Shown: one piece after another, positions 60,504 through 64,000 of the stretch
Layout: every line of letters begins with the position of its first letter
Numbering within the stretch: position 1 is the stretch's first letter
Assembly (NCBI GenBank): GCA_950097015.1
Contig: CATNEN010000038.1
Location: 28,644,001-28,708,000 of the forward strand
Length of the DNA: 64,000 nt
Direction of reading: 5' to 3'
From: Macrostomum hystrix
Lineage: Eukaryota > Animalia > Platyhelminthes
Program-made: the position numbers and the translations under genes
Notes under the pieces: generated by a model
Databases searched by the model: none
Told to the model about the DNA's origin: nothing
The model's input: the letters and a program-made list of their open reading frames with translations, nothing else

Positions 60504-63500
60504 GCCTGCCTGTCTGTCTGCCTGTCTGCCTGTCTGTCTGCCTGCATGTCTGTCTGTCTGTCTGTATGCATGTCTGCCTGTCTGCCTGTCTGTCTGTCTG
60601 CCTGTCTGCCTGCCTGTCTGTCTGCCTGTCTGCCTGTCTGTCTGCCTGCATGTCTGTCTGTCTGTCTGTATGCATGTCTGCCTGTCTGCCTGCCTGTCTG
60701 TCTGCCTGTCTGCCTGTCTGTCTGCCTGCATGTCTGTCTGTCTGTCTGTATGCATGTCTGCCTGTCTGCCTGTCTGTCTGTCTGCCTGTCTGCCTGTCTG
60801 TCTGCCTGCCTGCCTGTCTGTCTGTCTGTATGCCTGTCTGCCTGTCTGCCTGTCTGCCTGTCTGTCTGCCTGTCTGCCTGTCTGTCTGCCTGTCTGCCTG
60901 TCTGTCTGCCTGTCTGTCTGCCTGTCTGCCTGTCTGTCTGCCTGTCTGCCTGTCTGTCTGCCTGCCTGTCTGTCTGTCTGTCTGTCTCTCGGTCTGTCTG
61001 TCCGTTAGTCAGTTAAAAAGTGTGCTTTCAATGCCTCACCCTCTCTCAACGTCTCTTCGAAATCGGTCATTCTAAAAAAAGAAAGGGGTTGACAAAGATC
61101 CGGGCGTTAGTGTATTTTCAAAGGTGTGAAAAATGTTTTCCTGTAAACAACTGCATGCCAACTCATTTAGCTTAATTAATCTTCCGCCAAGCATCAGGCT
61201 GCAGTTGTTCATGCCATCCTTGTAAGACCAGCTTGACTTGCCAATATTCAGTTCGCAAAATGTGAGCCACAGTCAGTTGAAATATGCCCTCCCCTATTAT
61301 TGGGCATTTTATCCTCGTCCCGACTGGAGTGCCATTATTGAAAGGAAGAACGGCCCAACGCCAGTTGAAGAGGCTTAGGTATCTCGCATCAATTTTAATA
61401 AGAAGTCTTCTTTCAGGCTGGCATGCAATTTCTGTTCCAATCTATCTGCTTCTCACTGGCATCGCCCATCTGGGCTGCGAACAACTAAATAAAATGCCGA
61501 GCCATAGGAGATTTTATTTAAAGAAAATCTGAGCATAACAAATTCACTTATGAGTCACATTTGCATCTAATCTCATCACAATATCATTCCATTTAAATAG
61601 GATCTCACAATAGTCTCACTTCATCTAGATCGAATCTCACACCAGTCTCACTCAATCTAGATCGAATCTCAAACCAGTCTCACGCTATCTAGATCGAATC
61701 TCACACCAGTCTCACTTCATCTAGATCGAATCTCACACCAGTCTCACTCAATCTAGATCGAATCTCAAACCAGTCTCACGCTATCTAGATCGAATCTCAC
61801 ATCAGTCTCACTCTATTTAGATCGAATCTCACACCAGTCTCACTCAATCTAGATCGAATCTCAAACCAGTCTCACGCTATCTAGATCGAATCTCACATCA
61901 GTCTCACTCTATTTAGATCGAATCTCACACCAGTCTCACTCTATCCAGATCGAATCTCACACCAGTCTCACTCAATCTAGATCGAATCTCAAACCAGTCT
62001 CACGCTATCTAGATCGAATCTCACATCAGTCTCACTCTATTTAGATCGAATCTCACACCAGTCTCACTCTATCCAGATCGAATCTCACACCAGTCTCACT
62101 CAATCTAGATCGAATCTCAAACCAGTCTCACGCTATCTAGATCGAATCTCACACCAGTCTCACTCTATTTAGATCGAATCTCACACCAGTCTCACTCTAT
62201 TTAGATCGAATCTCACATCAGTCTCACTCTATTTAGATCGAATCTCACACCAGTCTCACTCTATCCAGATCGAATCTCACACCAGTCTCACTCAATCTAG
62301 ATCGAATCTCAAACCAGTCTCACGCTATCTAGATCGAATCTCACACCAGTCTCACTCTATTTAGATCGAATCTCACACCAGTCTCACTCTATTTAGATCG
62401 AATCTCACACCAGTCTCACTCTATTTAGGTCGAATCTCACACCAGTATCACTCTATCCAGATCGAATCTCACACCAGTCTCACTCTATTTAGATCGAATC
62501 TCACACCAGTCTCACGCTATCTAGATCGAATCTCACACCACTCTCACACTGACCATAAAATATTTGCACTTTAAGCATGACTTCATAGACCCATACACAA
62601 TAATCTCAATTCTCAGCCATGAGTTATGATCTGTGAGCTGTTCCTTCATTCGCTTCACATTGTTTAGGCTTAAAATCTAATTCAGATTCAGAAATTGTGA
62701 CTCAAATTCCATTCTACGAGTAGTTCTCAAACCAGCTTGTCCACCTGCATTAAATTTGAGTTCGGCTGTCTATGATAATAAAAAAAGGAATGACAGTTGA
62801 AATAGGAATAACAATAGGAATAGGAATGGGAATCGGAAAAGGAATAAGAATAGGAAAAGGAATAGGAATAGGAATAGTAACATGAATTATAAGGAACAGG
62901 AGGGAGTGAGTGGCAGAGTCGTCTAACGCGGTCGCCTCTCGCACCAAGGTCCCTGAGCTCGATTCCGCGGCGAGGCCTCATTCACTTTGGGCGCAGCCGC
63001 GGAGAGAAGGCTTGGGGGCTTGTCGTGTAAATTAAGCCCTTAAGGGCCAACCTCCAAGGCACAGTGAGAGTGTACACTGCCTGACGATGAGAAAGTCAGG
63101 GCAGATGTACTCACCTGTGTGAGCGAATGCCTGCGTACGGTATCAGTGCGCGTGTGTGCTTAGGAGTCAGCGAATGGGCAGAATTGTGTCACCAAACGAT
63201 GTGCCCTTGCCCGCAGCCCTCCAGCAACTATTATCATTATACAAAAATTGGAATATAGGAATACAATTGGAGATTGACAGCAGAGGGTATCCCACTGACC
63301 TGTGGCTCGGAGTCTGTTGCCGCCTTCTTCAACAACGGCCTGCGCAGCCGGGTCGGCAGATCCGCCAAACCCGCCGGACTACGCGGAGTCGGCGGCGGCG
63401 GTTGCGGCCCGTCCTCGGAGGCGACGGAGACCAGGCGGACGAGGCGCTGATGAACGAAGCTGGCCAAGCGACGCGGAGTCGAGGTCAGGTCGGCTGTGGT

Positions 63501-64000
63501 CGCCTCATCGCCGGAGACAGTTTGTGGCGCTGCTTCTGATTTTTTGAAGTCGGCGAGTGCCGTGAAGGGTGAATGGGTGTGAATGAGCGTGAACAAGCAA
63601 ACATTTTTGTAAATTATAGACTAAGTACATATTTGTGAAGTTTAAAATCATGAAAATCATGAAAATGTTAAAATCTGTTTCAAGAGAATGACTTGTTCAC
63701 AACATAGAGTTATTGAATCTGGTCGGCGAGGAAATCAAACCTTTCTGAGAAGTTTCCGCTGTCTCAGGTGGCCCAGTAATAGCCACCGGTGTCGATTTCG
63801 CTACCTCAGTCGCCTTGGAATCAATTGTCCAGCCGTCAGTTTTGTTATCTGAGTTCAGCCAGAAGTTGCGCTCCGAGTAAGTCGCCGTGGACGAGCCCCA
63901 GCTGCCGTGGCCGTCGTCGCTGACGTCGCTGTCCGTTGTGCCAACAATGGCCGTCTCGGGCGCGTTCCACCACCAGTCCCAGGCGTCAGTGTTTTCAGAC
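45074..64000 (-). CDS. unc-13: Unc-13/Munc13 homologue (C1, C2B, MUN, C2C), 5' end outside the window; exons >64000-63741, 63535-63300, 61071-61040, 60008-59864, 59779-59609, 58674-58058, 57683-57642, 57556-57429, 55144-55029, 53794-53568, 53140-52783, 52009-51439, 50762-50239, 50099-~49700 (donor uncertain), 47486-47319, 46193-45920, 45362-45074
   Basis: C1 [34 protein letters not shown]...H..C...DC; C2[11 protein letters not shown]...VWDEDND...ESDEFLGQ; [19 protein letters not shown]; THFSCL...CPGVPAV; [22 protein letters not shown]; TIKQYFHA; C2C FRPYIEV...PKYNELF...GSCACW. Junctions are GT-AG and in phase except one. Confidence 0.95.
45395..45840. repeat. 15-bp satellite (GGGTGAGATTTGATA), second array, in the last unc-13 intron
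   Basis: Same unit as 42540-43952. Confidence 0.92.
46215..47045. repeat. 11-bp-based minisatellite (CTGTTAGATA-N)
   Basis: unc-13 intron; ends about 20 nt from the acceptor at 46195. Confidence 0.92.
47588..49632. repeat. 23-bp minisatellite (CACCTGTTAGACAGGCAAGTGTA)
   Basis: About 88 copies filling an unc-13 intron; internal inverted CCTGT/ACAGG and GTGTACAC palindrome. Confidence 0.95.
50890..51390. repeat. 20-bp minisatellite (ATCTCTCCCGTGTCTT-type)
   Basis: unc-13 intron. Confidence 0.88.
52107..52612 (-). mobile_element. tRNA-derived SINE family B
   Basis: Minus-strand head GCGGGTGAGTGGCTCAGCGGCTAGTGTCGCTGCCTCAC...GGTTCGTTCC (A and B boxes); 3' end CCTCCTGCAATTA shared with family A; flanking CCTAAAGATA direct repeat (about 52094 / 52614); splits a GAGTGACTC repeat. 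Confidence 0.75.
53303..53540 (-). mobile_element. SINE family A, 5'-truncated copy
   Basis: Reverse complement of the body and (ATT)n tail of 131-504. Confidence 0.87.
53950..55020. repeat. 24-bp minisatellite (AACCTGTTAGACAGAGGATTAGCA / ...GGATCATCG)
   Basis: Begins about 10 nt from the unc-13 donor at 55028; reverse complement of the 40005-41795 family. Confidence 0.95.
57000..57412. repeat. 21-bp minisatellite (AATCTGTTAGACACAATTTCC)
   Basis: Begins about 15 nt from the unc-13 donor at 57428. Confidence 0.92.
57709..57992 (+). mobile_element. SINE family A, internally deleted copy
   Basis: GAGTTCGATTCCGCGGCGAGACCAC...GCCGCGGAGAGAAGGCTTGGGGGCTTGTCGTGC matches the family. Confidence 0.85.
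58683..59570. repeat. 20-bp minisatellite (GACAATGGAATGTTCTGGTT)
   Basis: Fills an unc-13 intron from near the donor to near the acceptor. Confidence 0.94.
60030..61003. repeat. (CTGT/CTGC)n tetranucleotide array with TTGATCGG sub-units
   Basis: Fills an unc-13 intron. Confidence 0.94.
61600..62550. repeat. 32-bp minisatellite (TCTCACACCAGTCTCACTCTATTTAGATCGAA)
   Basis: Direct copies in an unc-13 intron. Confidence 0.93.
62898..63241 (+). mobile_element. SINE family A, near full-length copy
   Basis: Head GAGTGGCAGAGTCG...GCTCGATTCC, body and tail GCCCGCAGCCCTCCAGCAACTATTATCATTAT. Confidence 0.87.

Noticed and set aside
59748-61075. (QTDR)n and (CLSV)n ORFs
   Set aside because: Tetranucleotide microsatellite in an unc-13 intron.
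61180-61450. Roughly 88-codon open stretch on the minus strand inside an unc-13 intron
   Set aside because: No start, no clear splice sites and no recognisable similarity; the flanking exons already join in phase.

Overview
Eukaryotic (animal) nuclear DNA, AT-rich, with a minisatellite in almost every intron. The overall style resembles the flatworm Macrostomum, which is an inference and cannot be proven from the window. Genes rebuilt by hand from GT-AG junctions, phase-compatible except one unresolved unc-13 junction: (1) a divergent isochorismatase/cysteine-hydrolase-like gene (-, 943-2737) with no genomic start codon; (2) an MPLKIP/TTDN1 homologue (+, 7988-8659); (3, 4) two tandem flavin-dependent polyamine/spermine-oxidase paralogues (+, 10040-16094 and 17247-29727); (5) a three-exon orphan gene whose ATG is split by an intron (+, 32808-42448); (6) a divergent unc-13/Munc13 gene (-, 45074 to beyond 64000). 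Mobile DNA: a complete, apparently very young Ty3/gypsy LTR retrotransposon (-, 19713-29105) in an intron of oxidase 2, two Mutator-like MITEs, and three tRNA-derived SINE families. The most striking observation is that the gypsy Pol frame begins with a cold-shock (CSD) nucleic-acid-binding domain, joined to the Gag CCHC knuckle by a T-TTA-AAC -1 frameshift, giving a Lin28-like CSD+CCHC pairing inside a retroelement. Also notable: five intronic minisatellites share a branch-point-like TCTAACAG core that always lies on the host sense strand, and there are hints of spliced-leader trans-splicing and an operon. Most long ORFs in the supplied track are artefacts of tandem repeats.
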